Below, one piece after another: positions 53,600 through 64,000 of a DNA stretch of 64,000 bases; within the stretch, counting starts at the first letter, position 1; each line of letters opens with the position of its first letter. Source of the DNA: the human T2T-CHM13v2.0 reference genome, Homo sapiens; assembly GCF_009914755.1 (NCBI RefSeq), contig NC_060928.1. One strand, 5' to 3'. The notes under the pieces are model-generated. The model was not told the origin of the DNA. It saw only the letters and a list, made by a program, of their open reading frames with translations, and ran no database searches. A program made the position numbers and the translations under genes.

Positions 53600-53830
53600 A
53601 ATATATTTTGAAGGCTTGCTATATGTCAGGCACTAGATTATGAACTTTTACAGTCACAATCTTTTTTAATTTTCAAAACAATTTCTGCATCATCACACAG
53701 GTAATGAAAAGATGCTTACAGCAGTTAAGTAACTTGTTCAAGGTCACATAGTTAATAAGGAGCTAGAAGTTGAATCCCTGTGTGTCTGACTTCAAAGCCC
53801 AGAGTTCTAAACTGTAACCATTGTAATACA
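53600..53830 (-). mobile_element. MIR
   Basis: gttaagtaacttgttcaaggtcacatagttaataaggagctagaagttgaatccctg...ctgacttcaaagccc. Confidence 0.85.
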
Positions 53831-55392
53831 GCAATCTTATTGGGAGCTTTAAGTACTTCTGGCTTTTCGCCCTTACAGCAAATAGCTCAGGAGGATAAGT
53901 TTTTAAAATTATTGAATGATGTCCTTCTCTGTTTTTCTTATCTCATTATCAGAATCCAATTTATTTCTCCCACATAAATTAGAAAAAAAGCTTATTAAAA
54001 TTATGTCTAAATTATAGCTCACAGGATACTACTCGCTAGGAGACCACTTCATCTACCCATTGTATTTGTGAAAACAGAATCTTTGAAGACGATTTTGAAA
54101 TAATAATAATACCATCCACTCTAGTAATGTACTGGCTCAAAAGAACTTGCCACACTCTTTTTATAATCATGGTTTTCCTGGTTAGATTATACAACTATTT
54201 AAAGAAAGAAATCATTTCTTACTTGAGTTTGTATCCATGTCTATGGCAGATCCTTAAGAAAAATCTCTTTTATGAAGCCCAAAAAATAAACCAGAAACAA
54301 GCCTCCTTGCTTGCAAGAATCTGGTGGCATTAGCCGACTATATCTACTGGACCTATTATCCTGAACAAGCTGCCCTAACACCTGTATGTCATTTTCCAAT
54401 ATAAGAGACTACACATTGGAATAAGGAGGAACACCATAAAATATATTTAAGTTTCCTGGGAAAAGTCTTTTTTTAACAAAATGTTTTTATTTGTGCATCT
54501 ATTTCTATTTTAAAGCAGAGATAAATTTGTTCTGCAGTATCTCAAATGAGGAAAAACAAATTATGTTTGGATTGTCCAAAGGCCCATAACTTCTGCCCTG
54601 AAAGGACCAAAGATCTCTCTCCTTAAAACAGGAGCCCCTCTTCAATACTTGTCTGTATGGTAAGACACCCTCATTTGTCAATGCCAGTAATTAAGACCAT
54701 AATGCTAATTTGGGGTCCAAACTCACTGAGACAACTAAAATATATGACCTTTAGGCAGAGGACCAGAAAGAGTTCGGTTAACTTCCAAATATTGTTTAGC
54801 ATTGTATTTGATCTGAAAATAAATGAATAGCAAAACAATTTGTCTAATCTATGTCTCTTGATGTCCTAAAATTTCTGTCTCATTGCGGTTTCAAAAATCA
54901 AAGTAGAGTCTTATCCAAAAAGGTCCATTACCACCAATTTGGACAAATTTTAGACCCATCTAGAGATGACATTCACTAGCTTTCACTACATATTTGATTT
55001 GTTAAATTGGTGCATGAATAAATAACTTATGGGAATATAAGTTGCTGTCATTAATGAAGCATGTGAGGTTGGAGAAAAAAGAAAAAAATCTATCTAAATT
55101 TGGCTTTATAAATGTGATGTTTAATTTCTCTTTAAAATTCAATTTGTTTAAATGAATATAAACCATTAGACCCAAGAATAGGAAAAGCTGATTACAAATG
55201 TTAATTTAAAATATTTAATTTTGTTGGGCAAGAGGAGCTACATGGAAAGAATATTATTCACACTCAGGTAATTCTCAGAGAACTGCCATATAAAATAAAA
55301 GGTTAATTTTGTGATATAGATAAACAATATGCTGTTTGCCTGTTTAATCATGCTTAATCATACTTTTGAATAAATGATGTTAGATAAAGAAT

Positions 55393-55529
55393 AACAGAAG
55401 GACTAAATAAGTTGGCATTAGCCAACTATATCTACTAGACCTATTGTCCTGAACAAGCTGCTCTAAGACCTGTGTGCCATTTTCCACATGGAAAAGGAAG
55501 TCCTTCCACAACAGAAGGACTAAATAAGT
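55393..55529 (+). repeat. Templated insertion (copy of 54325-54398) flanked by a perfect 20-bp direct repeat
   Basis: aacagaaggactaaataagt occurs at 55393-55412 and 55510-55529; 55413-55486 matches 54325-54398 at 67/74. Confidence 0.95.
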
Positions 55530-55619
55530 ATGCCATTGCTAAGTGTTTGTTTTTCATGAAACTACACAAGTCTCATGAACTACCAACATAATCTCACTGA
55601 TACTAATGGGATTATCCAA

Positions 55620-56330
55620 CAAAACTGATTTAATAACTGCTGTGTTCCAGGCACTTATGGAGGCTCTGGGGTTAGAAAGATGAGTAAGAAATTGTCCCAC
55701 TCTTCAGTAATCTCAATGTCTAGCAGAGCAGACAGATATACAACTCATTCAAATAGTTTGATGAATGCTATAATACAGATCCTTTCCAAAGACTGTGTGA
55801 GGACCACTAAGGAGCCACGAATTATGCCTCTGCAATGGAGAAAATTGGGAGAGGCTTCACAGAGAAGGCCACCTAACTATATGGCTTTAAAAGACGACAA
55901 TGGAAAGAGGAAACATTAATTATGAGAGGGTAACATGAGTAAAGACAAGGGTGAAACTGAATGGTAACACTATAGAAAGTGATTAGACAGACATGGCTAG
56001 AGCAAAGGATTTGTAATGGGCAGTACAGAAATTGAAAATGAGGCAAAAAATAAGAACCAGTGGAGGAATAATTGAAATTTTCTCCTATGGCAGTTAAATG
56101 TGAGCTGTAATATTGTCCATTCAAATATCTTTCTAACCAATTATAACTTATCACAGAGGTTTTTATAGTCTTTTGTTTTGTATGCCTATACTTAAGCAAG
56201 GGATCAGATCAACATTAGAAAAAGCTAGGAAACTATCAAGTAGTTATTTTTAGAAGCTCATATAAAGGATTAAAGCAGTGGATACGAAAATAGAGAAGAA
56301 AGAAAAAATTTTAAAAAATCTTGCTGAGCA
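55620..56330 (-). mobile_element. L2 fragment
   Basis: ctgctgtgttccaggcac...tgagtaaga...gagaggcttcacagagaagg. Confidence 0.65.
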
Positions 56331-56339
56331 AATACTACA

Positions 56340-56580
56340 GTGATTGAGGCATGGCCTTCAGAATTAGACATGCCTTTCACAGAATTCCAGTTTTCAATTT
56401 ACCAGTTGTGTTACCTTGATCAAATCACACTTAAAACCTCTTCAAGCCTCTGTCTTCTCATCTGTGAAGTGGTAAAAACAGATACTATGCATCGGCTCTG
56501 GTTAATTAAGATAATGCATACAAAGTGCTAAGCACAGCACATAACAGTAAATGATCTAAAAAGTAGTTATCATTACTATA
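56340..56580 (+). mobile_element. MIR
   Basis: accagttgtgttaccttgatcaaatcacacttaaaacctcttcaagcctctgtcttctcatctgtgaagtgg. Confidence 0.85.
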
Positions 56581-57190
56581 ATTTTTTAATTTACGTATAT
56601 ATTACCAGTTTGTTCACATGACAACTACCTTTTATATAACCCAACCGTGGCTGTGCTTAATAAAACTCAAATTATTTTACTACTCTTTTTAAACATTCTA
56701 ACATTCAACATATTCTAATGCACTTAGCTAATCCAAAAATGAATCAGAAATTCTGGGAAAATGGTGGTAGCAGTGAAAACATAATTTTGAATATTCCAAA
56801 TCTCCAAATAAAAACATATAGAGTCACTAGGTAGCAAACCCCAAAACCCATGGACAAAATTTACTAAAATTGGGTGGCAAATATTTTGCAAAGCCCTGAA
56901 GTAAAAGTGGGTGCATTCAAATCACCAACAGCTACAAGACCATTCTGGCATCATCAATATGTGAAAAGAAACAGAGGAAATCAATAGAGCAACTGAGGTC
57001 CCAAGAACAAAGGAACCCCAGACTAGCCATTAGTTACTCACTGAGAAGGGCCAGGGGCCAGTTATAAAAGGCAACTGACTGCATGGCAGGGGTTTTTCCC
57101 TTCATTAGGGTATGAGTGCAAGTGTCCTACTATAAAAGCTGACAGAGCTGGAACAGTTGAATAGTGTGACTTCTAGAAAGGAACCTTCCA

Positions 57191-57583
57191 TGGGGTACAT
57201 GTGCCACATTTATGCAGCCATATAAAAGGATGAGTTCATGTCCTTTGAAGGGACATGGATGAAGCTGGAAACCATCATTCTCAGCAAACTATCACAAGGG
57301 CAGAAAAGCAAACACCGCATGTTCTCACTCATAGGTGGGAACTGAACAATGAGAACGCTTGGACACAGGGCAGGGAGCGTCACATACCGGGGCCTGTCGG
57401 GGGATGGGGGGCTGGGGAAGGGATAGCATTAGGAGAAATACCTAATGTAAATGACTAGTTGATGGGTGCAGCAAATCAACATGGCACATGTATACATACG
57501 TAACAAACCTGCACATTGTGCACATGTACCCTAGAACTTAAAGTATAATAAAAATGAAAAATTAAAAAAAGGAAAAGAAAAAA
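57191..57583 (+). mobile_element. L1PA5-7-like 3' fragment with a 20-bp 5' inversion
   Basis: L1PA 3'UTR; TSD agaaaggaaccttcca/agaaaggaacctttca; 57191-57210 is the reverse complement of L1 aatgtggcacat.tac.cca. Confidence 0.93.
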
Positions 57584-58102
57584 AGAAAGGAACCTTTCAA
57601 GCTACCTTTCTGAACCGGACTCCATATTGAACAAAAACCGCTGGGAGTGGAGTAGAAAGTTAGCAGTGAAGAGATAAAAATGAGGAAGGAATGAGAAGGC
57701 ACAGAATAAAGAAAAGTTTGAGGACCAAGCCAAGACATCTCAGAAAACAAGGCATGATATTATTTTAATACTACACAAAATCAACAAACTAAAGAAAAAT
57801 CCACCAGTTGAATTACTTAGGTTCATTAACAGATAAATCATAAGAAAAAAAAAACAACTCATGGGAGGACAGAGATGTTAGGGTGCCACTTAGAGATAGA
57901 GACAATGAAGGACCATCACTCAAAACTTTAAACAAAAAATTATGGACAAAAGAAGGTTGACAATTTTTAATTATTTGAGTGTGAAGGTCACAAGGCAACC
58001 AACTTGCCCAAAATCTCTGGTGTCAGGTGTTTACAAGAAGAGACAATAAGTAAGCAATAACTTATTTGGTCAAAATACACGTGGACAATCGAAAGAAAAA
58101 AT

Positions 58103-58280
58103 CAAGGATCAGCAAACTTTTTCTTCTAAAAGGCCAGATAAAAAGTATTTCCAGCTTTAGAGGCCATACAGACTTGGTCACAAAATAGACATAACTAACA
58201 GGTGAAAAGAATGGACACAGATGTGTTTCAAGAGAAGTTTATTTGCAATAATCACAGAGTAGGCCATAATTTGAACCCTT
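58103..58280 (+). mobile_element. MER58A-like hAT-Charlie
   Basis: caaggatcagcaaactttttc...aaaggccagata...ggccataatttgaacccttg. Confidence 0.8.
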
Positions 58281-59062
58281 GAGGTAGATGTTTGGTGGAT
58301 TGTTGGACACTTCTGTTAACTGGCAAGAGAGAGTGACGTCCCTAGGAGCTGCAAATACAGGGGAATTTTACACCTTCTCCCAGGTTTCTCCTCCAGGAAC
58401 ACAAATGTTCAAAGAAAAGATCAGAAATATCCTGAGAATATCTCCCTTGTGAAATAAAATAATCATTCCTAATAGAGCAATTCAGATAATAATATTATAG
58501 AAGTGTAGAGAGACATAGGGAAGGATTATAAGAGTATCAGAAGAGCTAAATAAAAGAGTCAGAAAATAAAGACTCGAACGAAGTTAAATTAAATAGTTTA
58601 AAATAGAGTAGGGTTAGTGGATCTCAACTAGGATGATTGTCATCCAAATAAAAGCTGCTTTTTAAGAAGAGAGATTAAAAAAAAAAGGCAGTGACTTTCT
58701 AATAGAAAGGTAAGGGACTTTCAGAATCTTTCCCTGAAGATTCTCTTAAAGTTGTATCTTTTGCTTTGTTTAATTCAGATGACTGAAACAGCATAAGTGG
58801 GTTTTTCTGAAAGCAAGAGGATCAGTTGTCTCCATACGATTTGACTCCCTATCATAAAGCCATTTTTAAGCACATAGCCTCAATATATCTACTACTGTAC
58901 TCTGTACTATAAAACATATAAAAACATAAAAAACTTTAAAGACTTCGAAAGAGACACATACATGAAAATTTTATCATTTTCTTTCTGTTTCCTACTAGAT
59001 GATTTGGTGCATTCCCTGGAGTGTGTGCATCTCATTTTGATGACCACATGACCTCATACTTT

Positions 59063-59240
59063 AAGTGTTCTTAAATTTTAAACATGCGTAAGTATCACCA
59101 GGAAAATATTATTTAAAATGCAAATTTCCAGGTATACCAACAGAGATTCTGATTCAGTATATCTCTTGCAGAGCCCAGACATATGAACCTTTTAACAAGA
59201 ACCCTAGGTGATGCTGAGGCAAGAGATACAATATTTCTGG
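59063..59240. mobile_element. MER5-like hAT-Charlie
   Basis: ttaaaatgcaaatttccagg...cagagattctgattcagta...tttaacaagaaccctaggtgatgctga. Confidence 0.8.
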
Positions 59241-60728
59241 GCTTTCTCATATCCTCTGGTTTTATGATATTTACTGAGTGTGACATATAGTGTATATATT
59301 TCCTTCCAATTGGTGGAATAAATTACCGAATATTAGGCTTTGGAGAGCCCTTATTCATACAGATTCTCAAAGGTTAAATTACAACATATGCACCATAGGG
59401 GTATCATGTCACTACCTACCTCCTACCCACCTTTTATAACAGACAAAATCCTTGGAAATAATGGGGAAAAGAACCATGCAACATCTGTTTCTGATGTTCC
59501 AATTTTTGATGGAGCTACTATTGGGAGTAAGCCCAGAATTTTTATGGAAAAAAAATCACAATGGCCTATTCATAATAATGCTTATGGTTTCTAATTTTAT
59601 CTGTGTATCTGCTTTTATTTCCTTATTTAAATTATTCTGTGCTGAATAATAATCATCTGATCTGTGCATGGGCATTAATTAACTGTTCCTGAAATACATG
59701 CCATTCCTTCTTTCTTTGATTTCTTAGCAATATCTTTCTACATTTCTATACTTAATGTAACAAACTGCATTCTTTGGCTAGGAAATAGAATCATACTTGG
59801 CATTCATACCTTTAGCTGAAGATTTTGGCCCTCTTAGCTTTTACATGTACTTACCAGCCATTTGGTTGCTTCTCAGACCCCTCTCTCAAAGGAAATGATA
59901 GAAAGTGCTCAATTTAAATCTATCAAATTTTGTTGTTAGAAAAAAGTTCTTATAATTTAAGAATTAAGTATATATAATATGAGGATTTTCTTTTTTCCAT
60001 TATCAGTTGTTGGAGTGTGTACCTTTGAGATATATTATTAGTGTGATTTTCAGTTTGTGTAAATGGGAAGGAGGAACAGGAGACAGAACTAACATCCATA
60101 GCCAAGGAAGAATCTATATTAGAATTCCTTGAAGGGTAGATGTAGTTTAAGGAAGCCCTTCTCCCCCACCTTTTATTGTAATTATTTAAAAGGGAAAATG
60201 TATTACATCTGGAGTAGAGCTAATAATTTTATTAATATACGCAAATCGCAAAAAATATAAATTAAAACAGAATATAACCCTTAATTGCTTTGAACCATGT
60301 GATCATTGACAGAAATAGTACAACTTGCAGAAGAAGGTAGTTTCAGGGTATAGTAGAATGAGATAGGAAGAAGAGGAGTTTGGGGATAGGGCTAGATGGT
60401 TTAATTTGAACTATAACACCTATCAAATGCTGAGTTTAATTCCCATGGCAGTAGAATGAGAATAACAATCATCTCTTCATAGGACTATTAGGAAGATTAA
60501 ATGAAGTAGCCCAGAAGGCCTAGGATAGTATTTGACAGTTGGCTCATTTCCAGCTAATATTCTTTTCATATCTTCAGCCTCAGGATGGCAGAGGTGGCTG
60601 TTGTGGCTGCTGTTACTGATGTTGTTGTTGGTGGATAGAGAAGAGACTGACCCTCCCAAAATTCCACTTTACCAACCATAAATTTGTCTGCTTCTGTTTC
60701 CAGGGTAAATTTCAACATTTATTTAGGT

Positions 60729-60948
60729 CAGCAGTTCTCAACCAGGGCAGTTTACCCCCCGGGGAACATCTGAAAATCTGGGAACATTTTTCATTGTCAC
60801 AACTAAGGAGGGGAGGAGGAGAATGTGCTACTAGCATCTGTTGGCTAGAGGACAGGGTTGATGCTCAACATCTCACACAAGTTAGTCCTCCTACAACAAA
60901 GAATTACTGAGCCCAAAATCTCAATAGTACCTTGGTTGAGAAAGCCTG
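60729..60948. mobile_element. MER20
   Basis: cagcagttctcaaccagggcag...ttgtcacaact...tgctactagcatctg...ggttgagaaagcctg. Confidence 0.9.
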
Positions 60949-62540
60949 ACCTAAATTAATAAAGTAGACTCATTTATTTTGTTCAGTCAGTAAATACCCA
61001 TTACACAGAACACATTACACTGTTTTCCTCTATGGAAATGTTTAAAGTAAATAATGACAACACTATAAATGCAAAATAATCTATTAGTAAAAACAGCTAT
61101 GCTGTTAATTATTTAGTGAACTGTCAAGATATCAGAGAAACAAGAGCTTCTTGGCAGTTCATTAACTGACACAGCTGTGATTCCAGAAAATGTCAACAAT
61201 TCTGTCTGCTTAATAAAAAGTGACCCAATTCCTCTGTTCTGTTAGGCTGGAAGAAGTTCTTGACAATGGCCCACAAGAGACAGTAAATTCATCTCCTTTT
61301 AAAAGCAAACCCAGAATTCTAAAGACAAATGGAGGGTGGAAAGTTAACAGGAAATAAAGTAAGTAATAAATGTACCATGAGATTATTGTTTACTTGAAGA
61401 GTAAGGAAAAAAACGAAAGCTTTTTGAATTCCACTGAGTTATGAACAGAAGGTTAGCTTCTTAAAACATAAAAAAAGAATGTTTTAATCAGCAGATTCAT
61501 ACACTTCCCATTCTGAAGTTACATACTAAAGTTTTATCTGAAAAGATTTAATTTTTAGAACAGGTATTTAACAAGACCTCTGAATTATTCATGTGACTTG
61601 ATTCTATAGTAAAGCTCATTCAGAGACAGCTTACACATTTTCAGGTGCTAATGGCAAAACAATATTTAAATGACATAATTTCATCCTGAATTTGTATCTA
61701 CTAAACCAGTATTGGGTAGGTAGTTTCTATAAGTTTTGTCTAACACTATCCATCTTTAGTCCAGCACAATGGGTTCTAGTTTGATTTTATACAATGAATG
61801 CCATAAACAATGGATGTCATTATCATGAATATCATTGTGTAAAATCAACGGGGTGACAATGTTTACCAGTATGGGTTAGTCAGTCTTTTCTAAATACCTA
61901 TCTATGGACTTAAGAAGACAATCCTGGGTCTCTCACCACCATCCCCCAACACTTCCTCTGGTCATTCAGCAGTCTGGCCATTTAGCTGTATTTGTCTCTA
62001 TACGTAGTATCAGGCATGTCCTAACCAAATGTTCTCACTCCCAACCCAGCATAGGTCCCTGCTTTTTCATACAGTTAGATAGACCATCATATATACACAA
62101 TGTAAACAGCCATTTTCTTTTCTCTGTCAACCAATTTCACCTCTATACTTAATGACAGAAATTAGTACAGAAGAATGAAGTTTTACAGACTATTAAAGAC
62201 ACCTACATGCTGTTTGGGAAGTATCTACTGAAAGCATTACACAATTTCTTGTTTTGTATAATGTATGAGGTTTTTCTCTCTATAAGTCAGGTGTGTCCAC
62301 AAAAAGTAAGTTTGGCAATTGTTTCAGACTTTAGCCCAGAAAAACTAAACAGAGAGTCACATGAATGTTTCCCTAAAAAATCAACTCCAAAACATGAAAA
62401 TGATATAAACCCTAAAAATATGAACTCTAAACACATTGGACACGATATATAGTTCTGCTAATTTAATCAATAGAAAATATCTACCAGGAACATTTGCTAT
62501 AATAACATTAATAAACACTTTGCTGTTACCCAGTTCTCAT

Positions 62541-62909
62541 TGATATGGACTGAATTGAGTTCCCTAACCCTCCCAAATTCATCTTGAAGTTCTAATCCTC
62601 GGTGACTCCAAATGGGACTGCATTTGGAAATAGGGTCTTTAAGGAGGTAAATAAGGTTAAATGAGTTCATTAGGATGGGCCCTAATCCAATATGACTGGT
62701 ATCTGTATAAGAAGAGATTGGGACACAGATACACTGAGGAAAAACCTGAAGATGACCATCTGCAAGCCACAAAGAGAGGCCTTAGAAGAAACCAACACTG
62801 TCTACACTTTGATTTTGGAATTCTAGCCTCCAAAATTGTGACAAATTTTTGTTGTTTAAGTCATCCAGTCTGTGGTACTTTGTTAAGGGAATCCTAGCAA
62901 ACTAATACA
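62541..62909 (+). mobile_element. MLT1A/B MaLR LTR
   Basis: tgatatggactgaattg...atttggaaatagggtcttt...ctgtggtactttgtt...gcaaactaataca. Confidence 0.92.
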
Positions 62910-63004
62910 CTCCTGTAGACTAAACATTCTGATTTGGGAAAGGAAGAACCCATTTACCATAGATTAATTCCACAGTTAAATGTGATTTACTAATGTTGTC
63001 CTAC

Positions 63005-63010
63005 CTGCAT
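63005..63010 (-). CDS. Candidate 6-nt microexon ATGCAG
   Basis: gCTGACTGCaccattttctctgttatttgttttctttcag|ATGCAG|gtagga: consensus branch point (A at 63046), UGC, a long AG-free pyrimidine tract and a strong donor. Confidence 0.7.
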
Positions 63011-63679
63011 CTGAAAGAAAACAAATAACAGAGAAAATGGTGCAGTCAGCCAGTCTTCCACTTCTCTTGAAACTAAATATCATATAACAGTGCTTACATT
63101 AAAATTAAATCTAACAAATCAGTTACTTTTTCATTTAATAAAAATAAGGAGATATTTCATTTTGGCTTGGAAACAAAATATTTTTTACCAATAAAAGTGC
63201 GAGTTCCAAGAGGCAGATGTTTAGTGTGTCTTTTTGCCACTTAATCCTCAGCACCTAGAACCATTCCAGACATTGTCAATGCTTAGGCAGTAGTTGATGA
63301 ATGTTTAAAGAATCAATGAATAAAAAATACCAGTAGTTTCTGGTTATTACTGACAAGATGGCAGACTAGCACAAGATGGGTGAATACTGGGGAGGCAGTA
63401 TTTACCCTTAGGACAAAAGATAGAGGGAGCTATAGATTTGAGGAATTAAATCTATCAACGCAATCTATCCATCATTATAAGAAGTCTGGGAAACATCCTT
63501 GTGGGATGATGACACCCTGTGGCCAAGAGTGGCCAGGCACAGCATCAGAGGATAATTTGGGGAGGGACCCAGCTAGTGCATCTCCTGGACATTGTCTTGC
63601 AAGAGTCATTGTCTGTACCATACCATTTGCCAGACAGAAACCAGCAGTCACAACATATCTATATCAAAGATATGTAACC

Positions 63680-64000
63680 AAAGGCAATAAAAATTAGCGA
63701 TAAATAACAAGAGGAATTTGAAAAAAAAGTGTCTAGAAACCAAGTAAAAGACTACTAGATAATGTATACTAAAAAGGAAAGAAAAATTATAAGAGAATTT
63801 AAGCTGAATAATACATGTCAAAATGTATGATACATTTGTAAGGTACCATGTAAAAGGAAAGTTATTTTAAGTAGGTCCATCAAGAAAGAAAAAGGGTTAG
63901 AAAAAAATCGAGCCAATCATTAAGCTCTAAAAAGGCCACAGAGGAAACCCAGTGAAACAGAGGAAGAAAATAATCAAGAAGCTAGTAAAAACCAATAGAA
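63680..64000 (+). mobile_element. Old L1M ORF2 fragment
   Basis: acatgtcaaaatgtatgatac...aaaggaaagttatt...aagaaagaaaaag resembles post-EN ORF2 sequence. Confidence 0.6.

Noticed and set aside
56740-57960. Possible old L1/HAL1 5' region hosting the L1PA
   Set aside because: The resemblance (ttctgggaaaatggtgg start) is too weak to assign without a Dfam search.
62207-62227. 18/21-nt - strand exon-like segment (tgctttcag...CAT|gtaggt)
   Set aside because: Poor polypyrimidine tract; indistinguishable from chance.

Overview
This is primate (human-like) genomic DNA: AT-rich, CpG-poor, with no CpG island and roughly half made of interspersed repeats (Alu J/S, L1PA/PB/MA/MB/MC, L2, MIR, MaLR/ERVL LTRs, MER61, Tigger and hAT fossils). 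None of the supplied ORFs is a complete gene; most are repeat-derived. Nearly all L1 copies lie on + and the + strand is A-rich, which suggests the window is inside a large gene transcribed from the - strand. The main signal is a series of very small - strand exon candidates with canonical splice sites (6, 52, 30, 15, 3, 6/35, 96 and 12 nt, plus 5- and 10-nt frame-shifting ones and a possible terminal exon). Several carry branch-point, UGC or UGCAUG motifs, and the frame-preserving ones downstream of the 52-nt exon are all open in splice phase 2. I could not name the host gene. Secondary findings are local templated insertions (one with a perfect 20-bp TSD), a 10.5-kb nested L1 stack, two twin-primed L1 inversions, an Alu remnant of about 15 nt with TSD, and closely spaced inverted Alu pairs. 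Repeat subfamily names are from recalled consensus motifs, and boundaries are approximate unless a TSD is quoted.
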